A stretch of 35,439 nucleotides of DNA from Candidatus Zambryskibacteria bacterium RIFCSPLOWO2_01_FULL_35_19 (GCA_001825335.1 MHWA01000014.1:1-35439); one strand, 5' to 3'; numbered from the stretch's first letter, positions 1-8,011 are shown. Made by a program: numbers and translations. Notes: generated from the sequence alone by a model not told the origin.

Positions 1-174
1 AACTTTGTCCTACTTCAGGGGTTAAGAGAGGCTGTACTACTGCTTAAAAGTATAGCACAACCCAAAAATCTGTCAAGTATTTTAACACTAAAATTGCATT
101 TTGTCTTGCATATTTCCTATAGATGGCTTAACAGAGCCATATTTTTAACCCTTATTTTTATTTAACCTTATTAT

Positions 175-288
175 AAAAAACACAAAATAGTTCTTGAGCG
201 TGCCTTGCGCAGGCTGACGAGCCGAGCAGAGCAAAAAGCTAGCAAGCTTTTATGCGTGCTAAGCGAAAGAAACTATTTTGTGTTTTTT
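175..288. repeat. 18-bp perfect inverted repeat (aaaaaacacaaaatagtt / aactattttgtgtttttt) enclosing a ~78-nt GC-rich core. It may be a bidirectional terminator or a MITE-like insert.
   Basis: The arms at 175-192 and 271-288 are exact reverse complements. The core contains an inner hairpin aaaagct-agca-agctttt. The element abuts and overlaps the stop codon of the minus-strand gene ending at 287. Confidence 0.5.
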
Positions 289-2719
289 AACTACTTAACT
301 CCTCTCTTTTTATTTCAATTTTTGAACCAGCTTTTGATTCACCACTTATTATCTTTTTAGCCACTAGATTTTCTATTTCATTTTGGATTGCCCTATTTAT
401 AGAACGCCCACCAAACTCTGGGTCGCTCCCCTTCTCCACTAAGAAATTAATCACGTCTTCGTTTATGACCAGTTCAATACTTTGCTCTTTTAATCTTTTA
501 ACCAACTTTTGGAGGCCAAGCCGAGCAATACTTTCAAGTTCTATTTTTTGCAAAGGATGAAAGAAAATCACCCCATCAAAACGATTAAGAAGTTCTGGGC
601 GAAATATTTTATCTTTGATGATTGAGTTTATGATTAAATCTTTTGACCTCGCCAAATTTTTACCAGATTTGATAGTTTCCCAAATAAGAGAGCTACCGGC
701 GTTTGAGGTGGCGATAATAATAAGATTACGACAATTTACTTGCCTACCCAAAGCATCAGTAAAGAGACCTTCATCTAAAATTTGTAAAAATAAATCCAAA
801 ACATCAGGTGAGGCCTTTTCAAATTCATCTAAGAGAAGCACACCATAAGGATTGTCTCTTATTTTAGTAGCCAAAAGACCGCTTTTATTCATAGTAAAGT
901 CGCCGATGAGTTGAGATGTTGCTTCTGGTCCATTGTATTCGGACATATCAAAACGAATCATCTTATTTTCATCTCCAAAAAAACTTTCAGCTAAAGCTTT
1001 TGAGACTTCTGTTTTGCCCACACCGGTAGGACCAATAAAAAGGAAAGAAGAAATTATTTTCTTAGGATTGTTTATGCCCGAGCGAGATCTTCTTATACTA
1101 TCAGCAACACTATTTACAGCCTCATCTTGACCAACCACTCTTCGGTGTAATAATTTTTCTAAATGTTCTATTTTTTGAGCTTCTTTTTCTTTTACTGTTC
1201 CAGAGACAATCCCTGTTTTTTCAGAAACAAAAAGATGAGTGTCTTCTTCTCCTAGCACTGCTATATTTCTCTCTGATGCCCAAGGAGCTATTTCTATCAT
1301 CATATCAATAGCTTTACCCGGCATTTCCCCATAAGTGACGAAACGGTCAGCCGCATCTGCCAAAGTCAATATAGCGGGATATGAAAAAATAAAACCATAT
1401 TCTTTTTCAATAGTAGTCATTTGTTCTAAAAGAACATTAACCGACGCTTCTACTCCCGCAACATCTGGAATAATCCTTTCAAACTTTCCCAACAAATCAG
1501 AGTTAGTCTCAATGAAAAAGTGAAAATCAGCATTGGTAGCCGAAGTTACCACTTGAAGATTATTAGAATTGAGATAGGGAGACAAAAGTGACCCCAAATT
1601 AGTGCCAATATTTTTACTACTACTTAAAAATTCAGCAAGATTTCTAATATAAAGTATTACATTTCCAGCGGAAACAGATTGATTTAATATTTTTAAAAAT
1701 TCTGCTTCAAAATCGCCTTTATTTTTATATACTGCAAGCAATGAGTTGGCATCTAATTCGATAATATCTTTGTGTTCCAAAAATGGCAGTGAAACTCCCA
1801 ATTTAATTTTTTTCAAAAGTCTTCCCACAATATCTCTAGCCACTTTTTCATCATCATCTATGATGATGGCATTGGCCTCTTTTCTTCTTTCAAGTATTCC
1901 TTCAAGAGTGGTCACTTCCCTTTCTCTATAATTGTTTTCAACATCAAACAACGAAATATCTACAGTCTTTTCAAAAGGCACCCCAAATTTACCCAAATCA
2001 GTAGCAACCCCATATGACCAACTGGTGCCAATAGATGGTATTGTTCCCAAATTTTCCCTACTCCAAAATCTTTCTTTTCGGAGAAGTTTGTTTTCTTTTT
2101 TCATTATCCAAGATATAGCTCCCAAAAATTCTTTTTTATTTATAGAATTTTGAGAGAGAAAGCTTTCTAAAGATTTGTCTGCATTATAAATTATTTCCAT
2201 ATAATCAAGAAGGCTTATCGTCTCATCACCAAAATTTAAAGATGACGCTATGATGGACGAACGGTCAGAATAAATAAAATCTTTAATACTTTCTTTCCTA
2301 ATACCCAATCGTTGAAAAATTTCAAGAGTAACTTTGTTTTCAAACAAAGCTTTAGTGACATCTATATCATTGGTAATATACAAAAGACCAGAGAGTAAAT
2401 AATCAATTTGTTTATTATTATCTATAATGTTCTCGTTTATCCTAACCGATAAACCTTCCCCCGACATTGATTTATAAAAGAATTCTAAAAAAGAAAGGGC
2501 TAGGTAGATAAAAACAAAAATAAAAAACATCCCATCAGCTTTGCCAAAATAAAGTGGCAAAGAATCAAAAGAAAGAGCAAAAGAGACCAGAGCAATCAAA
2601 GCCGACCCTTTCCTTAAAACACTACGAGTAATTTTAGGAAAAAACCTATCTAAAGATAGTGGATAATAATGAGGTCTTGATATTTTTTTAAGTTCTTTAA
2701 AAGTCATATAAAAATACAA
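287..2719 (-). CDS. Membrane-anchored Clp/Hsp100-family AAA+ ATPase paralog with a degenerate NBD1 and an intact ClpA/B-type NBD2
   Basis: 810-aa ORF. N-terminal hydrophobic helices lie around aa 38-85. NBD2 has Walker [12 protein letters not shown], Walker B LLLDEFEKA and RPELLNRFD. In the NBD1-equivalent region DDDEKVAR replaces Walker A and ILYIRNLA replaces Walker B. Confidence 0.8.
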   Translation of the reverse strand: MYFYMTFKELKKISRPHYYPLSLDRFFPKITRSVLRKGSALIALVSFALSFDSLPLYFGKADGMFFIFVFIYLALSFLEFFYKSMSGEGLSVRINENIIDNNKQIDYLLSGLLYITNDIDVTKALFENKVTLEIFQRLGIRKESIKDFIYSDRSSIIASSLNFGDETISLLDYMEIIYNADKSLESFLSQNSINKKEFLGAISWIMKKENKLLRKERFWSRENLGTIPSIGTSWSYGVATDLGKFGVPFEKTVDISLFDVENNYREREVTTLEGILERRKEANAIIIDDDEKVARDIVGRLLKKIKLGVSLPFLEHKDIIELDANSLLAVYKNKGDFEAEFLKILNQSVSAGNVILYIRNLAEFLSSSKNIGTNLGSLLSPYLNSNNLQVVTSATNADFHFFIETNSDLLGKFERIIPDVAGVEASVNVLLEQMTTIEKEYGFIFSYPAILTLADAADRFVTYGEMPGKAIDMMIEIAPWASERNIAVLGEEDTHLFVSEKTGIVSGTVKEKEAQKIEHLEKLLHRRVVGQDEAVNSVADSIRRSRSGINNPKKIISSFLFIGPTGVGKTEVSKALAESFFGDENKMIRFDMSEYNGPEATSQLIGDFTMNKSGLLATKIRDNPYGVLLLDEFEKASPDVLDLFLQILDEGLFTDALGRQVNCRNLIIIATSNAGSSLIWETIKSGKNLARSKDLIINSIIKDKIFRPELLNRFDGVIFFHPLQKIELESIARLGLQKLVKRLKEQSIELVINEDVINFLVEKGSDPEFGGRSINRAIQNEIENLVAKKIISGESKAGSKIEIKREELSS

Positions 2720-2721
2720 AA

Positions 2722-3123
2722 TTAAATAACAAAAAAGGTAGCAGAAAGTATCACACTACCGACAAGAATAAAGGGGGCTAAAATCCATATAAGAAAAAGG
2801 AAGAAAGCAAAAACTAAAACCAAAACATAAGAGATAACTCCTACTGACAAAACTATAATTTTAGTTACAAAACCAACTGCCCTCATCAAACCATTGACTA
2901 TGACAGAAGAAGCAAAAGCGCCCAAATCAAAACCACCCTCATAATTTTCACCCAATCTTTTCCAAGGAGTAAATAAAGTTCTAAGAAGTAATTTAAATGA
3001 AAAAAAGTGAGCAATAAACCACAAAAAATTTCCCATTACACCAAAAAATTCCTTTAGGCCCTGACCATAGTGCCATTTGATATAAGCCACAAAAAATGAA
3101 TCTCTTTCATAAGCTTCAGACAT
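2722..3123 (-). CDS. Small polytopic membrane protein of unknown function
   Basis: 133-aa ORF with several hydrophobic helices. Its stop lies 2 nt from the start of the downstream Clp-like gene, suggesting operon coupling. Confidence 0.6.
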   Translation of the reverse strand: MSEAYERDSFFVAYIKWHYGQGLKEFFGVMGNFLWFIAHFFSFKLLLRTLFTPWKRLGENYEGGFDLGAFASSVIVNGLMRAVGFVTKIIVLSVGVISYVLVLVFAFFLFLIWILAPFILVGSVILSATFFVI

Positions 3124-3153
3124 ACTTTAATTATAACAGATTATATTAATAAA

Positions 3154-3966
3154 TTATGGGTATAATTTGTAATAAAATTTATTATCAAAGCGAGCGTCAA
3201 TATAATTTATTTTTGCAGAAGCATTTTTATTTTTTATTTCATTTATCAAAAGTAACGTATTTTCAGCTGTCAACAAAAGGTCTTTTCCGACTGGACTAAA
3301 GAAAATATCTCCCACCCCTGTCTTAGCTATTGCCTTATCAGAAGACTCTATATTGATAGAATAAATTTCAACTTCTGATCTTTTTAACACGTCAATAAAA
3401 TTTGAATAATTTTGCATTTTATCTGGAGTAGAAAAATTTTTGAAGATAGGGCTTCCATCCAAAAGACCTTCGAAGGCAACTAATCCAGATAAAACTTGCT
3501 CATCTAAAATTTTTTCAAAAATAAAACCCGTTTTAGTCATAAAAAAACATTCACCATCTTTGGCACACCAAACAAAATCTGGACTTCTTTCTGTTATTTT
3601 TAATTCAACATCTTTACTAAAAAACTTTTTATTTATTTCTACTTTTTCTAATCTGGTGAATTGAGAAAGTAGCGTCTTCTTTAACTTTTCTTTATTTAAA
3701 AATATAATATTTGATTTTGGAATGAAAAGAAGTTTATTGCCAGAGATAAAATTATTTGCAACATTTTTTAGACTATCTGCCTCTATCATTTTTGAACCTG
3801 ACACTTCAAAATTTTTCACTTGCAAAAAATCTGCTCGAACCAAAAAAACAAAACCAACCAAAAAAGCTGCCGTTGCACTTATAATCAAAAAAATCCCGAG
3901 ATATTTTTGTATTTTTTTTCTTTTAGCAATTCTAGTAGAAGCTCTTTTATATCTGGTATTATGCAT
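3154..3966 (-). CDS. ftsQ: FtsQ/DivIB-like cell division protein (N-terminal TM helix plus POTRA domain)
   Basis: 270 aa with a basic N-terminus, a single TM helix, then FLQVKNFEVSG...ADSLKN, a POTRA-like opening typical of FtsQ/DivIB. Confidence 0.6.
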   Translation of the reverse strand: MHNTRYKRASTRIAKRKKIQKYLGIFLIISATAAFLVGFVFLVRADFLQVKNFEVSGSKMIEADSLKNVANNFISGNKLLFIPKSNIIFLNKEKLKKTLLSQFTRLEKVEINKKFFSKDVELKITERSPDFVWCAKDGECFFMTKTGFIFEKILDEQVLSGLVAFEGLLDGSPIFKNFSTPDKMQNYSNFIDVLKRSEVEIYSINIESSDKAIAKTGVGDIFFSPVGKDLLLTAENTLLLINEIKNKNASAKINYIDARFDNKFYYKLYP

Positions 3967-4013
3967 ATTATTTCATATTACCCCCTACCCATCTTTGTTT
4001 TAAGAGAAGTTGA

Positions 4014-5297
4014 TTATTTCTTAGAAATCTTCTCTTTACCTCCCATATAAGGACGGAGCACTTCAGGAATAACAATAGAGCCGTCGGCTTGTTGATAGTT
4101 TTCTATAATACCAATAAGTGGCCTACCAGAAAGAGCGGTGTTGTTTAAGGAGTGAGCAAACTTTAATTTACCATCTTCGTCTCTATAACGAATATTTAAT
4201 CTGCGTGTTTGAAAATCATGAAAATATGAAGCCGAACCAGTTTCTCTGTATTTGTTTTCTCCCGGCAACCACACTTCAATATCATATTTTTTAACTTGAC
4301 CAAGACCAAGATCTCCTGCACAATTGATAACTACATGATACGGCAATCCTAGAGCTTGCATAATCTCTTCTGTATTTGACTGTATTTCTTCATGGTGCTT
4401 AACGGATTCTGTATGACTAGCTTCACACAAGATGACTTGCTCAAATTTATAAAATTCATGCACTCGGAGAATTCCTTTTGTATCTTTACCATGCGCTCCA
4501 GCTTCACGCCTATAAGCATTAGAAAATCCGAGCATCTTTTTTGGTAAATCTTTTTTATCCAAAATTTCATCCATAAAATAACTCATCATAGCCACTTCTG
4601 CGGTGCCCGAAAGATACTCGCCATCTTGAGTTTTATATAAATCTTCTTCTCCCTGTGGCAAATATCCAGTCCCTATAAACGGTTCTCTTCTAAGAAGGGA
4701 TGGGACAATCATCGGCACAAAATCCTTTTTTTTATTTTGAAAAAAATCATTTACAAATTGCCATAAAGCAAATTGCAGTTTCGCCCCGTCGCCGATCAAA
4801 AAGTATCCTCTAAATCCAGCGACCTTGGCACCTCTTTCCAAATCAATCATACCTAAAGCCAACATCAAATCTATATGATCTTTAGGTGTAAAACTAAACT
4901 CTGGGATCTGGCCTACTTTTTTTATTTCTTGATTACTCTCTTCATCACTGCCTTCAGGCACCGACATATCGGGGATGTTTGGCACAGTCACCATCAGCTT
5001 TTGCCATTCAGTCATCACCTCTTTTAATTCTTCTTCTTTTTTTTGTATTTTTTCTTTTAGGGGTAGTGTTTCTTCTATTAATCTCCTTTTTTCTGCGATA
5101 TTTCCCGCTTGTCCAAATTTGGCTATCTCTTCACTTGCTTTATTTTGTTTGGCTTTTTTTTCTTCAAGATCTTGACTTATGGCCTTCCTTTTATCATCTA
5201 TTTCAATAAGTAAATTAACATCAAAATCAATCTGTTTTTTCTTGGCGCCTTCTTGTATTAACGCGATATTTTCTCTTATAAATTTGATGTCTAACAT
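4014..5297 (-). CDS. serS: Seryl-tRNA synthetase
   Basis: MLDIKFIREN start, a coiled-coil N-arm and class II core motifs (FRREAGAHGKDTKGILRVHEF, GSASYFHDFQTRR...). I trimmed the ORF-track start at 5339 to the internal ATG at 5297 that matches the canonical SerRS N-terminus. Confidence 0.93.
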   Translation of the reverse strand: MLDIKFIRENIALIQEGAKKKQIDFDVNLLIEIDDKRKAISQDLEEKKAKQNKASEEIAKFGQAGNIAEKRRLIEETLPLKEKIQKKEEELKEVMTEWQKLMVTVPNIPDMSVPEGSDEESNQEIKKVGQIPEFSFTPKDHIDLMLALGMIDLERGAKVAGFRGYFLIGDGAKLQFALWQFVNDFFQNKKKDFVPMIVPSLLRREPFIGTGYLPQGEEDLYKTQDGEYLSGTAEVAMMSYFMDEILDKKDLPKKMLGFSNAYRREAGAHGKDTKGILRVHEFYKFEQVILCEASHTESVKHHEEIQSNTEEIMQALGLPYHVVINCAGDLGLGQVKKYDIEVWLPGENKYRETGSASYFHDFQTRRLNIRYRDEDGKLKFAHSLNNTALSGRPLIGIIENYQQADGSIVIPEVLRPYMGGKEKISKK

Positions 5298-5367
5298 AAT
5301 TTTAAATTTCGTAACCCTTATTTCGTTACTCGTTTTCATTTTACCATTTGCTATAATAAAAACAAAT

Positions 5368-6258
5368 ATGCCTTATAAAATAAACACCCTCAAAAAAGCC
5401 GACTGGCCCCCTCTTTTAAAAGAGATTAATCAACTTCCGAATAAGCTTTTTTATGTTGGCAAAGTGGCAGATTGGTCTCGGAAACTTCTTTGCGTAGTAG
5501 GGGCTCGCAAAAATACAAATTATGGTAGAGAAGCCGTTGAGACTTTTATAGAGAGTTTGCGTGGCTACCCGATTACCATTGTTTCTGGTTTGGCTTTAGG
5601 TATAGACTCTATCGCTCATCGAGCAGCTCTTAAAAACAACCTTCCCACTATCGCCGTCCCCGGTTCTGGACTTTCGCTTGAAGTTTTACATCCTCAATCT
5701 CATACTCACTTAGCAACAGAGATTATTGAAAAAGGCGGAATGATGATGAATGAATTTGAACCAGAATTTAAAGCTACTCAATGGAGTTTTCCACAAAGAA
5801 ATCGTATTATGGCGGGAATGAGTCATGCCACTTTAGTCATAGAAGCCGAACAAAAGTCAGGCACACTCATCACTGCAAGACTAGCCACCGAATACAACCG
5901 CGATGTTTTGGCCTTACCCGGCAGTATTTTTAATACCACAAGTCAAGGGCCTCATATGCTTATTCGTTTGGGAGCTACACCTATCCGTGATAGTAATGAT
6001 ATTTTGGAAGCTCTGCATTTGGAATCCCACTCCGCCTCGTCAGACTCGGCTTCGCGGGACGAGGAAAAATATTTTGATTGTTCGGAAAAAGAGATGCTAA
6101 TAATTAAACTTTTAATAGAACCGTTGGAGCGTGATGAAATTTTGCGACAAATAAATACTAAACATCAAATCCCTATTGGGGAAATCCAAACTTTCCTCTC
6201 TCTCCTCGAGCTCAAAGGCCTTATTAAAGAATCTCTTGGAGAAATCCGCCTCACTTAA
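5368..6258 (+). CDS. dprA: DNA processing protein DprA/Smf
   Basis: Rossmann-fold DprA motifs are present (VVGARKNTNYG, IVSGLALGIDSIAHRAAL, GTLITARLATEYNRDVLALPG). The start is set at ATG 5368, because the ORF-track extension overlaps serS antisense. A TATAAT box at 5352-5357 lies just upstream. Confidence 0.9.
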   Translation: MPYKINTLKKADWPPLLKEINQLPNKLFYVGKVADWSRKLLCVVGARKNTNYGREAVETFIESLRGYPITIVSGLALGIDSIAHRAALKNNLPTIAVPGSGLSLEVLHPQSHTHLATEIIEKGGMMMNEFEPEFKATQWSFPQRNRIMAGMSHATLVIEAEQKSGTLITARLATEYNRDVLALPGSIFNTTSQGPHMLIRLGATPIRDSNDILEALHLESHSASSDSASRDEEKYFDCSEKEMLIIKLLIEPLERDEILRQINTKHQIPIGEIQTFLSLLELKGLIKESLGEIRLT

Positions 6259-6268
6259 TCTTAAAATG

Positions 6269-6293
6269 AAATACAATGGGCGCCATTGTATTT
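6269..6293. repeat. REP-like hairpin copy 1 (aaatacaatgg-gcg-ccattgtattt). It could also act as the dprA terminator.
   Basis: 11-bp perfect stem with a 3-nt GCG loop followed by a T-run. The same core recurs at 6947-6973 and 7915-7933 with the loop reverse-complemented (CGC). Confidence 0.7.
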
Positions 6294-6315
6294 TTAGTTG
6301 TGGTATAATTTTATT

Positions 6316-6936
6316 ATGAATAATAGGGATTATAAAGATTTTGCCAGAGATGAGATTTATCATATCTACAACAGAGGTGTTGGGAAGATGAAAATATTTT
6401 TAGATGAGATGGATTATAAGGTGTTTATGTCCAGATTAAAAGAAAATTTATTCTCAAAACTTATAGATTATTCCCTTTTACCAAAATATGCGACCAGAAG
6501 AAAAACTTTACCACCGAATTCTTTTGATTTGATTTCATACTGTTTGATGCCAAATCACTTTCATTTATTAGTAAGACAAAATACAGACTTACCTATAACA
6601 CAACTGATACTAAAAATATGCACTGGTTATTCAAAATATTTTAATAAAAAATATGATCGAGTTGGTGTAGTTTTTCAAGATAGATTTAAAGCAGTGAGAA
6701 TAAAAAAGAACAATCAGTTGTTATGGGTTTCTTACTACATACACAAAAATCCCGTTGACAGCAAATTAGTTAAATATCCAGAACATTATAAGTGGAGTAG
6801 TTTTTCAGAATATAAAAATTTAGTTTTTGAACCTATCTGTAAAAAAGACATCATAACTAAACAATTTAAAGAAACTTCTGATAAAAATATGGAATCAGAA
6901 TTAATATCCAATCTTGATTTGCTGATAGATTATTAG
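6316..6936 (+). CDS. REP-associated tyrosine transposase (RAYT) / IS200-IS605 TnpA-like HUH Y1 transposase
   Basis: HUH motif in LMPNHFHLLV and catalytic-Tyr region YYIHKNPV. About 206 aa from ATG 6316. An extended -10 (TGgTATAAT, 6301-6309) sits 6 nt before the ATG. The gene is flanked by inverted copies of the same hairpin. Confidence 0.8.
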   Translation: MNNRDYKDFARDEIYHIYNRGVGKMKIFLDEMDYKVFMSRLKENLFSKLIDYSLLPKYATRRKTLPPNSFDLISYCLMPNHFHLLVRQNTDLPITQLILKICTGYSKYFNKKYDRVGVVFQDRFKAVRIKKNNQLLWVSYYIHKNPVDSKLVKYPEHYKWSSFSEYKNLVFEPICKKDIITKQFKETSDKNMESELISNLDLLIDY

Positions 6937-6946
6937 AACACACTCA

Positions 6947-6973
6947 AAAATACAATGGCGCCCATTGTATTTT
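6947..6973. repeat. REP-like hairpin copy 2 (aaaatacaatgg-cgc-ccattgtatttt), inverted relative to copy 1
   Basis: Same stem as copy 1, with loop CGC instead of GCG, which marks the opposite orientation. A T-run follows. Confidence 0.7.
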
Positions 6974-7068
6974 TGTTAAGGTAAATTTTAATAGTAGTTG
7001 ACAATAATCTTCAATTGTTATTTACTTATAGATAGAAGCCCTCAGGGGTTAATAAAAAGGAGGTATAA

Positions 7069-7233
7069 ATGAAGTGGACGTGGAAGGTTTTTGGACGACT
7101 TTTGTATTATGTCGTCTTGAACATCCTCACAGGAGGAGTGGCTTTTTTTATTTGGCTACATAAAGAAAGGAAAGTAGCCGCAGAGGAGGAAAAGAAATAT
7201 CTCCTGAGAACATTCGGGTCGGGGAGGTACTAG
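7069..7233 (+). CDS. Small membrane protein of 54 aa, absent from the ORF track
   Basis: ATG preceded by aaaggagg at SD distance. Translation: MKWTWKVFGRLLYYVVLNILTGGVAFFIWLHKERKVAAEEEKKYLLRTFGSGRY, with one TM helix. It lies in a GC-richer segment. Confidence 0.5.
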   Translation: MKWTWKVFGRLLYYVVLNILTGGVAFFIWLHKERKVAAEEEKKYLLRTFGSGRY

Positions 7234-7234
7234 T

Positions 7235-7336
7235 ATGGAATACCAAACCATATGGCGGGATTTTTTCGCCGCAGGGGCAATCATCGCCCTGGTATTAATG
7301 TTACTAGAACCTTATCTAAGACCTCCAAAAGAATAG
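7235..7336 (+). CDS. Small membrane peptide of 33 aa, absent from the ORF track
   Basis: ATG lies 1 nt after the previous stop and is preceded by ggggaggt. Translation: MEYQTIWRDFFAAGAIIALVLMLLEPYLRPPKE, with one TM helix. Confidence 0.35.
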   Translation: MEYQTIWRDFFAAGAIIALVLMLLEPYLRPPKE

Positions 7337-7359
7337 TGTCAATGTTCAACCCTTGGCAC

Positions 7360-7389
7360 TTGACAAAAGAATATTAAAGGTGCTATAAT
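7360..7389 (+). promoter_or_regulatory. Near-consensus sigma70-type promoter (TTGACA-18 nt-TATAAT)
   Basis: TTGACA at 7360-7365 and TATAAT at 7384-7389, followed by an aggagga SD and ATG 7409. Confidence 0.6.
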
Positions 7390-7408
7390 TAGTGATAGGA
7401 GGACAAAC

Positions 7409-7792
7409 ATGTTTGAAACACTGAATTCTTTTGTTTTGACCATTCTGGCCGTCATGGCCGTAGTGGTCTACACTGGAAAAGAAATGCAACATCGTGGTAT
7501 TCTGAAGGTCAAACGACCTACCCACGTCCGACGATTTCGTTCCGCAGAGGCGGGACAAGACCTCATTGAATACGCCTTGATGGCCGGCTTTGTGGCAGTT
7601 GCAGCCGGTGCAATTCTGCCGAACGTGGTAGACGATATCAAAATCGTATACCAAAGGATTGGCGTCATAATGGAAACGACGGACGTCAATTTTTTTTCTA
7701 GTGAGATAACAGCAACAAGGATCGCCTGTGCGATCCTGGCAGTCCTGTTTTTGGGGTTGATAGTCGTTCGACGACGAAAAAACCTTGACTAG
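7409..7792 (+). CDS. Flp/Fap-family (type IVb, Tad-type) prepilin-like protein with extra N- and C-terminal hydrophobic segments
   Basis: AEAG|QDLIEYALMAGFVAVAAGAI matches the Flp G-XXXXEY processing motif followed by a hydrophobic helix. The leader is unusually long at 48 aa. The C-terminus is a TM helix plus RRRKNLD. The SD is strong. Confidence 0.6.
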   Translation: MFETLNSFVLTILAVMAVVVYTGKEMQHRGILKVKRPTHVRRFRSAEAGQDLIEYALMAGFVAVAAGAILPNVVDDIKIVYQRIGVIMETTDVNFFSSEITATRIACAILAVLFLGLIVVRRRKNLD

Positions 7793-7855
7793 CTCAACCC
7801 CACGGGTGGCTCGCGGAGCTTAATTAAGCAATGCGAGCCACCAACGAGATGATCC

Positions 7856-7890
7856 GCTCCGTATCAATCCTTGATACGGAGCTATTGTTT
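7856..7890 (+). terminator. Rho-independent terminator
   Basis: gctccgtatcaa-tcc-ttgatacggagc forms a 12-bp stem followed by a T-rich tract. It is preceded by a second hairpin, gtggctcgc...gcgagccac (7807-7841). Confidence 0.6.
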
Positions 7891-7914
7891 ATAAAATTTT
7901 TTCTTCCTAAAAAA

Positions 7915-7933
7915 TACAATGGCGCCCATTGTA
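7915..7933. repeat. REP-like hairpin copy 3 (tacaatgg-cgc-ccattgta), same orientation as copy 2
   Basis: The 19-nt core is identical to copy 2. No T-run follows, so it is not simply a terminator. Confidence 0.65.
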
Positions 7934-8011
7934 AAAAGTATCAAGGTTGAACCTTGACGTTTTGTTTACAAATTTTGCTTTTTTTGTTTTTATAACTTAT
8001 TCTGTATAAAT

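Noticed and set aside
1-174. Possible ncRNA or promoter in the leftmost non-coding stretch (hairpin atggct-taacag-agccat at 124-141)
   Set aside because: It is only a short 6-bp stem and I recognise no conserved motifs. There is not enough evidence to call a feature.
615-2153. Five plus-strand ORFs of 61-77 aa (615-848, 933-1130, 1335-1523, 1746-1931, 1932-2153) inside the Clp-like gene
   Set aside because: They are antisense to a long ORF with clear AAA+ homology. They have low-complexity, hydrophobic translations and no start-site signals, so they are typical shadow ORFs. The same reasoning applies to the short antisense ORFs inside serS, topA, clpB, infB, the MurA-like gene and gyrA.
5179-5367. 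Upstream extension of the dprA ORF (MAFLLSSISISK...)
   Set aside because: It overlaps the serS N-terminus on the opposite strand and is not part of DprA homology. The canonical DprA sequence begins at ATG 5368, just after a -10 box.
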